From the NCBI GenBank assembly GCA_031554185.1, contig JAVBKE010000091.1, forward strand, positions 1-57,275: a stretch of DNA of 57,275 nt. The letters run 5' to 3'. Positions 39,643 through 50,265 of the stretch are shown in pieces; within the stretch, counting starts at the first letter, position 1; every line of letters begins with the position of its first letter. Under the pieces are notes generated by a model, which worked only from the letters and a program-made list of their open reading frames with translations, searched no databases and was not told where the DNA came from. The position numbers and the translations under genes were made by a program. Source of the DNA: Bacillales bacterium. Its GTDB lineage: Bacteria; Bacillota; Bacilli; JARBTR01.

Positions 39643-39676
39643 TCCGTTTCACGGATTAAAGTATCGCGGAGGGAGG

Positions 39677-41185
39677 ATGAAAACTGTGCAATATTCTTAC
39701 GCAGGAAAACAACCACAGATTGAATGTCAGAGATCACTGCAAGAGAAGACGCCGTTATTAGAGGCCATGAATTGGCATGTGTCTCGGGATATTGTACCGT
39801 TTGACGTCCCGGGGCATAAGAGAGTTGATCAGATAGAGGGGTTAGCTGAATTTCTCGGAGAGGCTACGCTCCGTTATGATGTTAACTCAATGCCAGGTCT
39901 AGATAACCTGAGTAGCCCAAATTCCGTGATTGCTGAATCACAAGCGCTAATGGCATCAGCTTTTGGTGCAGATCATGCGTTTTTCATTGTTGGTGGGACT
40001 ACGCAGTCTGTGCACGCTATGGTTTTGTCAGTGTGTGGTCCAGGTGACAAAATTATTTTACCAAGAAATATTCATAAGAGCGTTGTCAATGCGCTGATAC
40101 TAGCGGATGCAATGCCTGTTTACATACAAGCAGAGGTCAATGAACGATTGCAGTTTGCCACTGGGGTGAGTTTTATCGCAGCGAAGCAAGCAATTGATGA
40201 GAATCCAGATGCAAAAGCTATTTTATTAATTAATCCGACTTACTATGGTGCTTGTTCACCTTTGGCTGATATTACCGCATATGCACATGAAAAAGGGATG
40301 GTGGTCATTGTAGATGAAGCGCATGGTGCTCACTTTCATTTTCATGATGAGCTGCCACCAAGTGCAATGAGCTGCGGAGCGGATTTGTCAGCAGTCAGTA
40401 TTCATAAAACCGGTGGTTCCTTGACCCAATCGTCAGCACTGCTATTACAGGGAGAGCTTGTTTCAAAGGAGCGTGTACAGAAAGTACTGAGCCTCGTGCA
40501 GACGACGAGTGCTTCCTATCTTCTAATGACCAGTCTTGATATTGCTAGAAGGAATCTTGCGGTGAACGGGGCGTCACAGTTAGCCTATGTGCTTGATCTT
40601 GTTCGGATGGCAAGAGAAGAGATCAATGAGATTCCTGGTTTCTATGCATATGGGCAAGAGCTAGTAGATGAAAACGGTGTTGCTCACTTTGATGAGACGA
40701 AGCTAGGGATTCATGTAGCAGATATTGGTCTCACTGGTTTTGAAGTGTATGAGTTATTATATCGTGACTATAATGTGCAGATGGAGTTAGCTGATACGCA
40801 TAACGTGCTTGCTATTATGAGTCTAGGCGATCGGTTCGAAAATGTGCAAAAGCTCATTCATGCGCTGAAGCGAATTTCACTGAAGCAAAAAGGTGCGATT
40901 CAAAGACAGCCAATGGCGGTTCCTAAGGTTAATCCATATGTGCGGATTACGCCTCGCCAAGCGTTTTATGCTGATAAGGAGTCTGTGCCACTCATTCAGG
41001 CAAATGGCCGGATCATTGCTGAATCAGTAATGGTTTACCCACCGGGGATTCCGATTGTGACGCCAGGAGAAGAGATTACCACGGAGATTATCAATTACCT
41101 GCTATTTTTACGACAACAGGGTTCGCAACTGACAGATATGAAAGATGCGACACTTGCTATGTTAGAAGTCGTCGTTTCAAATTAA
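39677..41185 (+). CDS. speA: PLP-dependent Arg/Lys/Orn decarboxylase (Bacillus SpeA type)
   Basis: FDVPGHK, GGTTQSV, PRNIHKS, VDEAHGAH, SIHKTGGSLTQS, TTSASYLLM, YPPGIP. Start placed at ATG 39677; substrate inferred from linkage to speD. Confidence 0.85.
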   Translation: MKTVQYSYAGKQPQIECQRSLQEKTPLLEAMNWHVSRDIVPFDVPGHKRVDQIEGLAEFLGEATLRYDVNSMPGLDNLSSPNSVIAESQALMASAFGADHAFFIVGGTTQSVHAMVLSVCGPGDKIILPRNIHKSVVNALILADAMPVYIQAEVNERLQFATGVSFIAAKQAIDENPDAKAILLINPTYYGACSPLADITAYAHEKGMVVIVDEAHGAHFHFHDELPPSAMSCGADLSAVSIHKTGGSLTQSSALLLQGELVSKERVQKVLSLVQTTSASYLLMTSLDIARRNLAVNGASQLAYVLDLVRMAREEINEIPGFYAYGQELVDENGVAHFDETKLGIHVADIGLTGFEVYELLYRDYNVQMELADTHNVLAIMSLGDRFENVQKLIHALKRISLKQKGAIQRQPMAVPKVNPYVRITPRQAFYADKESVPLIQANGRIIAESVMVYPPGIPIVTPGEEITTEIINYLLFLRQQGSQLTDMKDATLAMLEVVVSN

Positions 41186-41212
41186 CTAGGACATGAATTA
41201 GGGGGAATTAAC

Positions 41213-41644
41213 GTGAAATTCAATGCATTAGGTAGACATATTTTAGTGGAGTATTATAATTGCAACAATGAGAAATTGGTTGATCCATCTTTTATCGAGG
41301 AGCATATGATTGAAGCTGCAATTCGTGCGAAAGCTACGGTTGTCACAAGTGATTTTCATCACTTTAAACCTTATGGCGTGAGTGGAGCAGTGATTATCTC
41401 TGAGTCGCATTTAACAATTCATACTTGGCCAGAATATGGCTATGCGGCGGTCGACCTGTTTACATGTGGTGATATCGATCCGTGGGTCGGTTTTGACTAC
41501 TTAGAATCGATTTTCGAATCAGAACGAAGTGAATCAATCGAAATTCCTCGTGGAATGACTGAAAAAATTCGCAAATTTAGTCATCAGCCGTTGGGCGAGA
41601 TTGTCTATAAGCAGAAGGAAGAAACAGTTCCTCAGCATGTATAA
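41213..41644 (+). CDS. speD: S-adenosylmethionine decarboxylase proenzyme
   Basis: GRHILVE, self-cleavage site ISESHLTIHTWPE, DLFTCG. Confidence 0.96.
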   Translation: MKFNALGRHILVEYYNCNNEKLVDPSFIEEHMIEAAIRAKATVVTSDFHHFKPYGVSGAVIISESHLTIHTWPEYGYAAVDLFTCGDIDPWVGFDYLESIFESERSESIEIPRGMTEKIRKFSHQPLGEIVYKQKEETVPQHV

Positions 41645-41688
41645 ACTCAATAGTCCAATCAAATAAATAATGATTGTAAAAAAGTGAA

Positions 41689-41738
41689 GCTACCTCCGAT
41701 AAGCGATTTTCTGCTTTTCGTCACAGGTAGTTTTTTTT
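41689..41738 (+). terminator. Terminator after speD
   Basis: GCTACCT...AGGTAGT plus T8. Confidence 0.7.
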
Positions 41739-42000
41739 GCAGTGCGTTTCTCGATAAATCTAATCCAATGTTGAAATTGGCGTCTCTAAATCATGAATAA
41801 TTAATTTTTATGCATAAAGCTAAATTGCAATAATCTTAGTAAATAAGGTAATTACAAAGTTAATTTTGTGAATAAATAAACGAAATATCGAATTATAATT
41901 CATATTGTTTGATTTTGTCGAAGTATTTTTTATATACTGAGCAAGACAGGGGACTAGTGGGTCATTTCTGTTCTAATTGAAGCAAAGCTGGAGGGATATA

Positions 42001-43683
42001 ATGAGTTTTACTGGCGATTTCTTCAAAAGTACGACAGCTGTAGGAGATAACTTATGGCTAACGGCTTTTGTTGCGTTACTTCCGATTCTCTATTTTTTCT
42101 GGGCGCTGGCAATTAAAAAAATGAAAGGGCATGTTGCAGGGATCACAACGTTGCTACTCACGATGGTCCTTGCGATAATTTTTTTCAAAATGCCCGTTAT
42201 GATGACGGTTATGACAGTATCACAGGGTGCAATCTATGGGTTGCTACCGATCGGGTGGATTATTGTTACTTCAGTATTCTTGTACAAAATCACGGTAAAA
42301 ACAGGACAATTCTCTGTCATTCGTAGTTCGATTATTTCGATCACAGAAGATCGCCGACTACAAGCTATTCTAATTGCATTCTCGTTTGGTGCATTTCTTG
42401 AAGGAGCAGCGGGATTCGGGGCACCAGTTGCTATTACAGCTTCATTACTAGTTGGTTTAGGATTTAAACCATTACACGCGGCAGGACTTTGCTTGATTGC
42501 CAATACTGCACCGGTTGCCTTTGGTGCCATCGGGATTCCAATTACATCATTTGGAAACTTGGGGCCAGAGTACGATGTAGAAGCGATTTCAGCGATGGTT
42601 GGTCGTCAGCTTCCGTTCATTTCAGTGTTTATACCGATTTATATTACATTTGTTATGGTTGGGTTTAAGAAAACGAAAGAAGTCATGCCGGCTCTACTCG
42701 TTGCGGGTGTTTCGTTTGCTTTCACGCAATTTTTTGTTTCTAACTACATGGGCCCCGAATTACCGGATATTTTATCTTCACTTGTTTCAATCGTATCTCT
42801 GACTGTATTCCTTAAATTTTGGAAGCCGAAAACAATCTATCGTTTTAAAGATGAGGCGAATTCCGATGCAAGCACAGAGCATTACAGCGGTCGTCGTGTA
42901 CTGAAAGCCTGGTCGCCGTTTTTGGTGTTAACAGGGCTGGTCACGCTTTGGGGGATTCCATCGATTAAAGCCGCATTAAATGGTGCGATGGAGGCTGGAG
43001 GTAATGCAATACTGACTGCTATAAACAGCTTGGGGCAATCACTTGAGATCATTGCCGATGTACCGTTTGTCAGTGGCCACTTATTTGATGCCGCAGGGAA
43101 TCCAGTCGTTTTTGAATATAAGATTCAATTGCTCGGTGCTGCTGGTACGGCAATTTTGATTGCAGCAGTCATCAGTAAATTTATTGTCAAGATTTCATGG
43201 AGGGACTTCGCTAAGACATTTGGCGAGACAGCAAAAGAAATTGCCTGGCCATTAGTAACAATTATGTCAGTGGTGGCTTTCTCAGCTGTTGCTAACAATG
43301 CAGGAATGATGGCAGCACTTGGTGCTGCGCTTGCCACGACAGGTATGCTATTTACATTTCTTGCGCCAGTACTGGGCTGGCTTGGCGTATTTGTGACCGG
43401 TTCAGATACTTCAGCGAACTTACTGTTTGGACCACTACAATATGAAACGGCAAAACAGATTGGGATGGACCCAATCTTGGCACTGGCAGCAAACTCTTCC
43501 GGAGGTGTTACCGGAAAAATGATTTCTCCGCAGTCAATCGCTATAGCCTGTGCTGCTGTCGGAATTTCCGGTAAGGAAGCAGAACTATTACGGTTTACAT
43601 TAAAACATAGCTTGATTCTGTTATTAATGATTTGTGTGATCACATTCCTACAGACCAATGTTCTATCTTTTATGGTTCCTTAA
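42001..43683 (+). CDS. lutP: L-lactate permease
   Basis: FGAFLEGAAGFGAP, NTAPVAFGAIG, TGSDTSANLLFG, GKMISPQSIA. Confidence 0.95.
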   Translation: MSFTGDFFKSTTAVGDNLWLTAFVALLPILYFFWALAIKKMKGHVAGITTLLLTMVLAIIFFKMPVMMTVMTVSQGAIYGLLPIGWIIVTSVFLYKITVKTGQFSVIRSSIISITEDRRLQAILIAFSFGAFLEGAAGFGAPVAITASLLVGLGFKPLHAAGLCLIANTAPVAFGAIGIPITSFGNLGPEYDVEAISAMVGRQLPFISVFIPIYITFVMVGFKKTKEVMPALLVAGVSFAFTQFFVSNYMGPELPDILSSLVSIVSLTVFLKFWKPKTIYRFKDEANSDASTEHYSGRRVLKAWSPFLVLTGLVTLWGIPSIKAALNGAMEAGGNAILTAINSLGQSLEIIADVPFVSGHLFDAAGNPVVFEYKIQLLGAAGTAILIAAVISKFIVKISWRDFAKTFGETAKEIAWPLVTIMSVVAFSAVANNAGMMAALGAALATTGMLFTFLAPVLGWLGVFVTGSDTSANLLFGPLQYETAKQIGMDPILALAANSSGGVTGKMISPQSIAIACAAVGISGKEAELLRFTLKHSLILLLMICVITFLQTNVLSFMVP

Positions 43684-43911
43684 GAGGGTAAGTGCTGGGA
43701 GTAGGTTATTTGCTATCAATGGATAACCTGTTTTCGATTTTTCAAGTGATGTAGATTTTTTCTTCTGGTTTCTACAAATATTGTCATAGTGATCAAAAGA
43801 AAAATCATACAAAAATTTACACACCTTTTACTAACCACTTCTAGATGTAGCTTATATTTTGCACTATAATAAGAAACAGAAAGACAAGAATGAATTTGAA
43901 AGGAGAACAGG

Positions 43912-44880
43912 ATGAAGAAAGTAGTGGTAGCGGGCGCAATACCAAAGGCGGGTTTAGAAATTTTGCAAGAGGCTGACCTTGATATTGATGTATTCACTGG
44001 CAAGCAGCTAATTTCTGAGCAAGAGCTGATTAAAAGGGTAGTGGATGCAGATGCGATTTTGAGCTTATTGTCGACACCAGTAACGAGAAAGGTCATTGAT
44101 GCCGCAAAGAAAGTAAAAGTGATTGCAAACTATGGTGCAGGATACAACAATATCGATTGTGATTATGCTGAGGAAAAAAGTATATACGTAACGAATACAC
44201 CGCATGCATCAACGGCGGCGACTGCAGATTTGACGATGGCTTTGATTCTGGCAAGTGCTAGGCGTGTGGCTGAAGGCGATCAACTATGTAGAACAACTGG
44301 ATTTAACGGCTGGTCACCGCTTTTCTTTTTAGGAAGAGAAGTGACAGGTAAGACGCTTGGGATTGTCGGACTAGGCAATATTGGACAGGCAGTTGCGAAA
44401 CGAGCAGCTGGGTTTGAGATGGAAGTTCTCTATTATTCACCTCAGCGAAAAGGGATGGAAGTGGAAACGGCTTGTAAGGCCACGTACGTACCGTTGGAAG
44501 AGCTGTTACAACGTTCCGACTTTGTGGCGCTTAACTGCTCGTACAACCCGAGCATGATACATATGATTGCTGAGCCACAGTTCAAAATGATGAAACCGAC
44601 TGCGTACTTAATTAATGCTTCACGTGGACCAATTGTCGAGGAAGCGGCTTTAGTTAAGGCACTCATTGACAAACAGATCGAAGGTGCCGCACTTGACGTT
44701 TTTGAATTTGAACCTCAAATTGGTGAAGCCCTTAAACAATTACCAAATGTTGTACTCACACCACATATCGGTAATGCCACGTTTGAGGCAAGAGATCAAA
44801 TGGCGAGAATTGCAGCCAGCAACATCGTTCGGACATTGACAGGTGAAAAACCATTGTATATCGTCAATCATCTTGAATAA
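43912..44880 (+). CDS. D-2-hydroxyacid dehydrogenase (glyoxylate reductase family)
   Basis: GAGYNNID, GIVGLGNIG, INASRGPIV, LDVFEFEP, TPHIG. Confidence 0.93.
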   Translation: MKKVVVAGAIPKAGLEILQEADLDIDVFTGKQLISEQELIKRVVDADAILSLLSTPVTRKVIDAAKKVKVIANYGAGYNNIDCDYAEEKSIYVTNTPHASTAATADLTMALILASARRVAEGDQLCRTTGFNGWSPLFFLGREVTGKTLGIVGLGNIGQAVAKRAAGFEMEVLYYSPQRKGMEVETACKATYVPLEELLQRSDFVALNCSYNPSMIHMIAEPQFKMMKPTAYLINASRGPIVEEAALVKALIDKQIEGAALDVFEFEPQIGEALKQLPNVVLTPHIGNATFEARDQMARIAASNIVRTLTGEKPLYIVNHLE

Positions 44881-45154
44881 CGAAAAGATCAGATCACCAA
44901 CATCTGTGTGGTGGGAATTGTGTCAGGGCTACTTGCGAGAACTAGATTCTCACTTGTAGCCTTTATCATCTGTTTATAGCATGAGCTCATGACATGACAA
45001 TAGTAAGGAACAATCACAAGGAATCTAAGCCACACTTGCTGTTTATTGCGAAAAATTGGCTTCCAGATGACTTGGGTTGCAAAATGTTCTAAGGAAACAT
45101 GTCTCGAAATGTGTTATAACTATATACATGTGATAAAACTCCTATAGGGGAAAT

Positions 45155-45952
45155 GTGTTTATAGAAAGGTTCAAAATGATGTCGAAACTAAGCCTTACAA
45201 ACTTTCAATTAAAAATAATCGGTGTAGTGCTAACTGTCCTTTATTCTCTTAGTACGTTTCTGGAATTACCGGCCTGGATAGGTTGGCTAGGGGCGCTTGC
45301 AGCACCAATCTTTATTTTCACAACAGTCGAAGGATTTAAACACACCAGTAGCCAGTCGAGTTACCTCTTTCGGCTTTTAGCAGCCTTCTGGCTGATGGGG
45401 ATTGGTAATTTAATTGTGACGCAAGCATTGCCTAGTAGTGAATTTCTTGTCCTTGGGAATGTTTTTGGCACCTTATTTCTAGCAGCGTTATATATGTGGA
45501 TTGTTGACCGCTTAATCGCTTATATCAAACAGCGCAATATCATCGCAATTATTTGCGCCTTTATTTGGTTGTTCATTCCAATTCTAGTGTCGTTACTGAT
45601 GATTTTATTTGTTGGACATAGTACAGCGTTGTCCATGTATGTGACAGTTATTCCAAATGTTTTCTTGAATGATAATAGCGTGATGCTGATTTTGTTAGGG
45701 TTACTATTCTACATTTTTTATCAAAAGAAAACCCTACAGATTATTGCACTGATTCTAGTTTCGGTTGTTACATTGATTTTGCAACCAGCTAACGCGGATA
45801 TCTTTACTGAAGGTTATCAGTGGATGATGGTATTTGCATCGGTGTTCATTGCTTTATATAATGGTAGAAAGGGAAGAGATATGAAGCTGTTCTTCTATCT
45901 GTTCTACCCAATCCAGCTCTATCTGTGTTACTTGATCTATGTGATGCAGTGA
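45155..45952 (+). CDS. TraX-family membrane protein
   Basis: LKII...GALAAPIF..VEGFKHT...Y..RL, NVFGTL, QWMMVF..LYNGRKG...FYLFYP. Start may be 45176. Confidence 0.8.
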   Translation: MFIERFKMMSKLSLTNFQLKIIGVVLTVLYSLSTFLELPAWIGWLGALAAPIFIFTTVEGFKHTSSQSSYLFRLLAAFWLMGIGNLIVTQALPSSEFLVLGNVFGTLFLAALYMWIVDRLIAYIKQRNIIAIICAFIWLFIPILVSLLMILFVGHSTALSMYVTVIPNVFLNDNSVMLILLGLLFYIFYQKKTLQIIALILVSVVTLILQPANADIFTEGYQWMMVFASVFIALYNGRKGRDMKLFFYLFYPIQLYLCYLIYVMQ

Positions 45953-46086
45953 ACCTGAATAAGCATGATTGCTTGGGTAAGCATGCATGATAAGTGAACC
46001 AGCAAGTGCGTAGAATTATTTTATGTGTAAAAGTCACCACTTAAACATCGTTAAAAGCCACAAAATAGTAAAAAGAGGTAAATCAT

Positions 46087-46662
46087 ATGAATCGAAAATT
46101 AGTCAATATCGTTGGAATTGGTTTTTCTGTCTTTATGGTCGTGCTAACTGTCTATCATTTTTCCGAAGGTAATAAATATGAATATCAGATTACTGCAGCA
46201 GGCATTGTGCTGGGGTTAATCCCAATTATTGTGGAGCGCGTATCAGCGTTCAGATTCAAAATTGCTGTTATTCTTGCTTACTATGCCTTTCTGTTCTCAG
46301 CATTGTATCTTGGCTCAGTGCGGCATTTCTATAGCTTAGGCTGGTGGGACATCTTTCTCCACTTGCTTAGCGGTGTACTGATTGGGGCTGTGGCATTTGG
46401 TTTAATCGAGCGAATGATTAGCAAAGAGGCAATCAAAGGGATATCACCAATGCTTGTCTTCCTTTTCGTACTATCAGTGGCCGCACTAGGCGGTGTCATC
46501 TGGGAAATCTATGAATTCTCTGCCGACCATTTGATTGGGACAACAACGCAAGGTGGCGGAAATTCTGACACGATGATTGATTTAATTGCAGATAGTACTG
46601 GTGGACTTATTGCAGCGATCGCTAGCTACATCCGATGGAAACAAGGTGCTAAAAAAGTCTAG
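46087..46662 (+). CDS. Integral membrane protein (DUF2238/YjdF-like)
   Basis: WWDIFLHLLSG, GVIWEIYEF, DTMIDL putative metal-binding pattern. Confidence 0.75.
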   Translation: MNRKLVNIVGIGFSVFMVVLTVYHFSEGNKYEYQITAAGIVLGLIPIIVERVSAFRFKIAVILAYYAFLFSALYLGSVRHFYSLGWWDIFLHLLSGVLIGAVAFGLIERMISKEAIKGISPMLVFLFVLSVAALGGVIWEIYEFSADHLIGTTTQGGGNSDTMIDLIADSTGGLIAAIASYIRWKQGAKKV

Positions 46663-46974
46663 ATTTTAACAATAAATTAACAATGGAAACCACACGCGCG
46701 TGTGGTTTTTACTTTTATCTTAGCACGGGTGAAAATATTTATGATCAAAATTCAATACTTGATGACATTGAAAGCAAGCACCGAAATAGCGGTATAGGGT
46801 GATATGTTCAGATGGTCAGTTTGCATCGATATGTAAATTGGTTACTACTCTGTATTACGATTCTCATATTTTAGTAACTTATCCCCATTTATCCTTTAGA
46901 ATAGGCTTGTTAATATGCTTAAAGTCTTTTAAAATTGAGTTTGAATGCAGAGAAAGAGAAAAGGAGCAGATACG

Positions 46975-47688
46975 ATGAAAGTATCATTATTTACGACATG
47001 CTTATCTGATTTCATGGCGTCACGCGTGAGCATTGCAACTGTAGAAGTGCTGGAAAAACTAGGCTGTGAAGTCGTTTATCCTAAAGAACAAACTTGCTGT
47101 GGTCAACCAGCATTTAACAGTGGCTACGTGAAAGAAGCGAAAAAGGCATTTAGACACATGATTGAAGTGTTTGAAGATGCTGAGTGTGTTGTTTCACCTT
47201 CAGGTTCATGTATTACTATGTTTAAAGAGTATCCGCACTATTTTCAAGACGAACCAGAATGGCAGGAACGTGCACAGAAGCTTGCTGATAAGTCTTATGA
47301 ACTAACTCAATTTATTGTCGATGTGTTAAAAGTTGAAGATCTGGGTGTTAAATTACCCGGCAAAGCAACCTATCACACATCTTGCCATATGACACGCCTT
47401 TTAGGGGTGAAAGAAGCACCATTCACGCTACTATCAAATGTAGAGGAATTAGAACTAGTTGAACTACCACTTTCAGAGCAATGCTGTGGGTTCGGGGGGA
47501 CTTTCTCTGTGAAAATGGGTGAAATTTCTACTGAGATGGTAGAAGAAAAAGTAGAAAATATTCTTTCAGTCGATCCAGATTATCTGATCGGTTCAGATTT
47601 CCCATGCCTTATGAATATTGGCGGCATGCTCAGCCGAAAAGGTTCAAATATCAAGGTGATGCATATAGCCGAAGTACTAAATTTATAG
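46975..47688 (+). CDS. lutA: Lactate utilization protein A (CCG Fe-S protein)
   Basis: [33 protein letters not shown]. Confidence 0.95.
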   Translation: MKVSLFTTCLSDFMASRVSIATVEVLEKLGCEVVYPKEQTCCGQPAFNSGYVKEAKKAFRHMIEVFEDAECVVSPSGSCITMFKEYPHYFQDEPEWQERAQKLADKSYELTQFIVDVLKVEDLGVKLPGKATYHTSCHMTRLLGVKEAPFTLLSNVEELELVELPLSEQCCGFGGTFSVKMGEISTEMVEEKVENILSVDPDYLIGSDFPCLMNIGGMLSRKGSNIKVMHIAEVLNL

Positions 47689-47756
47689 ATTTTAAAAATT
47701 AATCAGTTCATACAATCAAGTTGCTCGAGCGTACTAGAAATAGAGGAGGATAGCCA

Positions 47757-49184
47757 ATGTCTTTAAAAATTTCAAATGAAAAATTCCATGACCGCTTAGA
47801 AAAGAATATGGAAGATGATTATATGCAAATTGCCATGATCAGGGCGCAAAACCATATCAATGGTAATCGTAAGCGGGTGTATGCAGAGCTTGGTCATTTT
47901 GAAGAATGGCGTGGTCTTTCAGAAGAAATACGTCAGCATACACTAGAGAACTTAGATTATTACTTACATCAGTTTTCAGAGAATGTTGTCAAACAAGGCG
48001 GAAAAGTATTCTTTGCGGAAACACCAGAAGAAGCAAATGCTTATATTCAGAAAATAGCAAAAGAGAAAGATGCCAAAAAAGTAGTTAAAGCAAAATCAAT
48101 GGTAACCGAAGAAATTGGTTTGAACCATGCACTAGAAGAGATTGGCGTGAAAGTTGTCGAAACGGATCTTGCCGAGTTTATTCTTCAAACAGATGATTGC
48201 GACCCACCTTCACATATGGTTGTGCCATCACTACACAAAACAAAAGAAAAAGTACGTGATGTTTTCCACGATAAGCTTGGTTATGATAAATCAGAAGCAC
48301 CAGAAGAGCTAGCGCAGTTTGCTAGAGAACAGCTAAGAGACGAGTACATGTCAGCAGAAATTGGCGTTGCTGGTTGTAATTTCGCAATTGCAGAATCAGG
48401 TAGTATTTCATTGGTAACCAATGAAGGAAATGCCGATCTTGTGATGTCGTGCCCTAAAACGCAAATAGTTGTGATGGGGATGGAGCGGATTGTTCCGACT
48501 TATGAAGAAGCAGATATCTTGATCAGTCTCTTGTGCCGTAGTGCCGTTGGCGCGAAGTTAACAAGTTACATTACTTTCTTAACGGGTGTCACTGAGGAAG
48601 GTTCAATAGATGGACCGGATGATTTTCATGTGGTTATCATTGATAATGGCCGCTCAAAGATTCTTGAAAGTGAGTTCAAATCGATTTTACAATGTATTCG
48701 TTGTGCAGCTTGTTTAAACATTTGCCCAGTATACCGTAAAATTGGTGGTCACTCATATGGTTCGATTTACTCAGGACCAGTTGGTTGTGTATTGACACCG
48801 TTATTGGGCGGCTATGATGATTTCAAAGATCTGCCTTATGCTTGCTCACTTTGTGGTGCTTGTACGGAAATTTGCCCAGCTGGGATCCCGCTACATTCCT
48901 TGATCCATAGACATCGTGAAGTAATTTGTGATGAAGAGAGACGTTCACCAGTCATCGAAAGAGCAATCATGAAAGGGTTCACCCTCTGGGCAGCCAATCC
49001 ATGGTTCTATCGAATGAGTACAAATATGCTACCGCTAATGTCAAAACCATTGACTAAGGATGGAAAAATCAGCACAGGCTTTAGCCTTATGAAAAAATGG
49101 ACGGATAAGCGTGATTTGCCAGCATTCGAAAAAGAAAGATTCCGCGATTGGTTTGAAAAGCGCGAGGAGGCGAAAAGCAAATGA
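47757..49184 (+). CDS. lutB: Lactate utilization protein B
   Basis: [46 protein letters not shown]. Confidence 0.96.
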   Translation: MSLKISNEKFHDRLEKNMEDDYMQIAMIRAQNHINGNRKRVYAELGHFEEWRGLSEEIRQHTLENLDYYLHQFSENVVKQGGKVFFAETPEEANAYIQKIAKEKDAKKVVKAKSMVTEEIGLNHALEEIGVKVVETDLAEFILQTDDCDPPSHMVVPSLHKTKEKVRDVFHDKLGYDKSEAPEELAQFAREQLRDEYMSAEIGVAGCNFAIAESGSISLVTNEGNADLVMSCPKTQIVVMGMERIVPTYEEADILISLLCRSAVGAKLTSYITFLTGVTEEGSIDGPDDFHVVIIDNGRSKILESEFKSILQCIRCAACLNICPVYRKIGGHSYGSIYSGPVGCVLTPLLGGYDDFKDLPYACSLCGACTEICPAGIPLHSLIHRHREVICDEERRSPVIERAIMKGFTLWAANPWFYRMSTNMLPLMSKPLTKDGKISTGFSLMKKWTDKRDLPAFEKERFRDWFEKREEAKSK

Positions 49185-49876
49185 CGGAAACAAACATTCA
49201 TAACCGCACAGGTTTCCTTGCAAAAGTTTCTGCAAGCCTAGGACGTGAAATGCCAACATCTGTGAAGCGTCCTACCTACAAAAACAATCCGCAACTTAGC
49301 GTCCTTGAAAACTGCTCACAAGATGAATTGATGGCAGAATTCAAAGTGCAAGCGGAACAAAACTTAACGAAAACTACGATTACAACGACAAAAGAGCTGC
49401 CAGCAGTACTCGCAGACATGCTTCAACTGCACGGTGAAGGCTCAACGATTATTTGGAACGATGAACGTTATGCACAATTAGGACTTACAGAAGTATTGAA
49501 AGAGGCTTACGTTTGGGATCGCAATAAAGGTGACGAAAATACGAAAGTAGCCAACACGGCAAAATACGCTGTTGCCTTTAGTGAAATTTCAATGGCAGAA
49601 ACGGCAACGATTACGCATTTCCACACACCAGACCGTGGACGTGTATTCAGTTTCCTACCTGAAAACTATATTGCGATCATTCCAAAAAGCTCGATTGTAC
49701 CAAGAATGACGCAGGCAACAATGATGATTCACGAGAAAGTCGAAGCGGGCGAAGTACTTTCTTCTTGCATCAACTTCATCTGCGGACCAAGTAACTCTGC
49801 TGATATCGAACTCAGCAAAGTCATTGGGGTTCACGGGCCATTACGCTCATCTTATATCGTCGTCGATGATCTCTAA
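49181..49876 (+). CDS. lutC: Lactate utilization protein C
   Basis: [23 protein letters not shown]...GVHGP. Confidence 0.95.
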   Translation: MTETNIHNRTGFLAKVSASLGREMPTSVKRPTYKNNPQLSVLENCSQDELMAEFKVQAEQNLTKTTITTTKELPAVLADMLQLHGEGSTIIWNDERYAQLGLTEVLKEAYVWDRNKGDENTKVANTAKYAVAFSEISMAETATITHFHTPDRGRVFSFLPENYIAIIPKSSIVPRMTQATMMIHEKVEAGEVLSSCINFICGPSNSADIELSKVIGVHGPLRSSYIVVDDL

Positions 49877-49906
49877 TTCAGACCCGGCTGATAGAATAGC
49901 ACAAAT

Positions 49907-49965
49907 AAAAACAGCTAGGTCAGTCGCTCATCAAAATGATGCGGTGCTGCCTAGCTGTTTCTTTT
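49907..49965. terminator. Bidirectional terminator
   Basis: AAACAGCTAGG / CCTAGCTGTTT 11-bp inverted repeat between convergent genes. Confidence 0.8.
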
Positions 49966-49973
49966 ATGAAAGA

Positions 49974-50153
49974 TTATTCCACAATGCCGTAGAAGCAACG
50001 CTTTGGAGAGTTCACGCGTCCTTCTTTCACAAGTGCTTTAATCATTTTGTCAACTTCTTTACGATCGATTCCTGACTTCTCAGCCACTTCACCTGGTTTA
50101 AGAGGCTCGCCAGCTGATTTCAGTACATCGTACACTTTTTCCATATTTTCCAT
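49974..50153 (-). CDS. Small winged-helix protein (59 aa), absent from the ORF track
   Basis: AGGAGGTG-7 nt-ATG; MENMEKVYDVLKSAGEPLKPGEVAEKSGIDRKEVDKMIKALVKEGRVNSPKRCFYGIVE*; upstream TTGCTT-17-TATTTT promoter. Confidence 0.9.
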   Translation of the reverse strand: MENMEKVYDVLKSAGEPLKPGEVAEKSGIDRKEVDKMIKALVKEGRVNSPKRCFYGIVE

Positions 50154-50265
50154 CCTTGTTCACCTCCTGCAACAACTACTCATTTAAAAAATAGCATGAC
50201 CAAGTTTAAAAAGCAATATTATTTTTAATCAAAAAAATAGCGATTCTGACAAAATAGGACTTTGC

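Noticed and set aside
45155-45952. Conjugative element implied by TraX
   Set aside because: No relaxase, VirB4, coupling protein or integrase; stand-alone TraX-family genes are common in Firmicute chromosomes.
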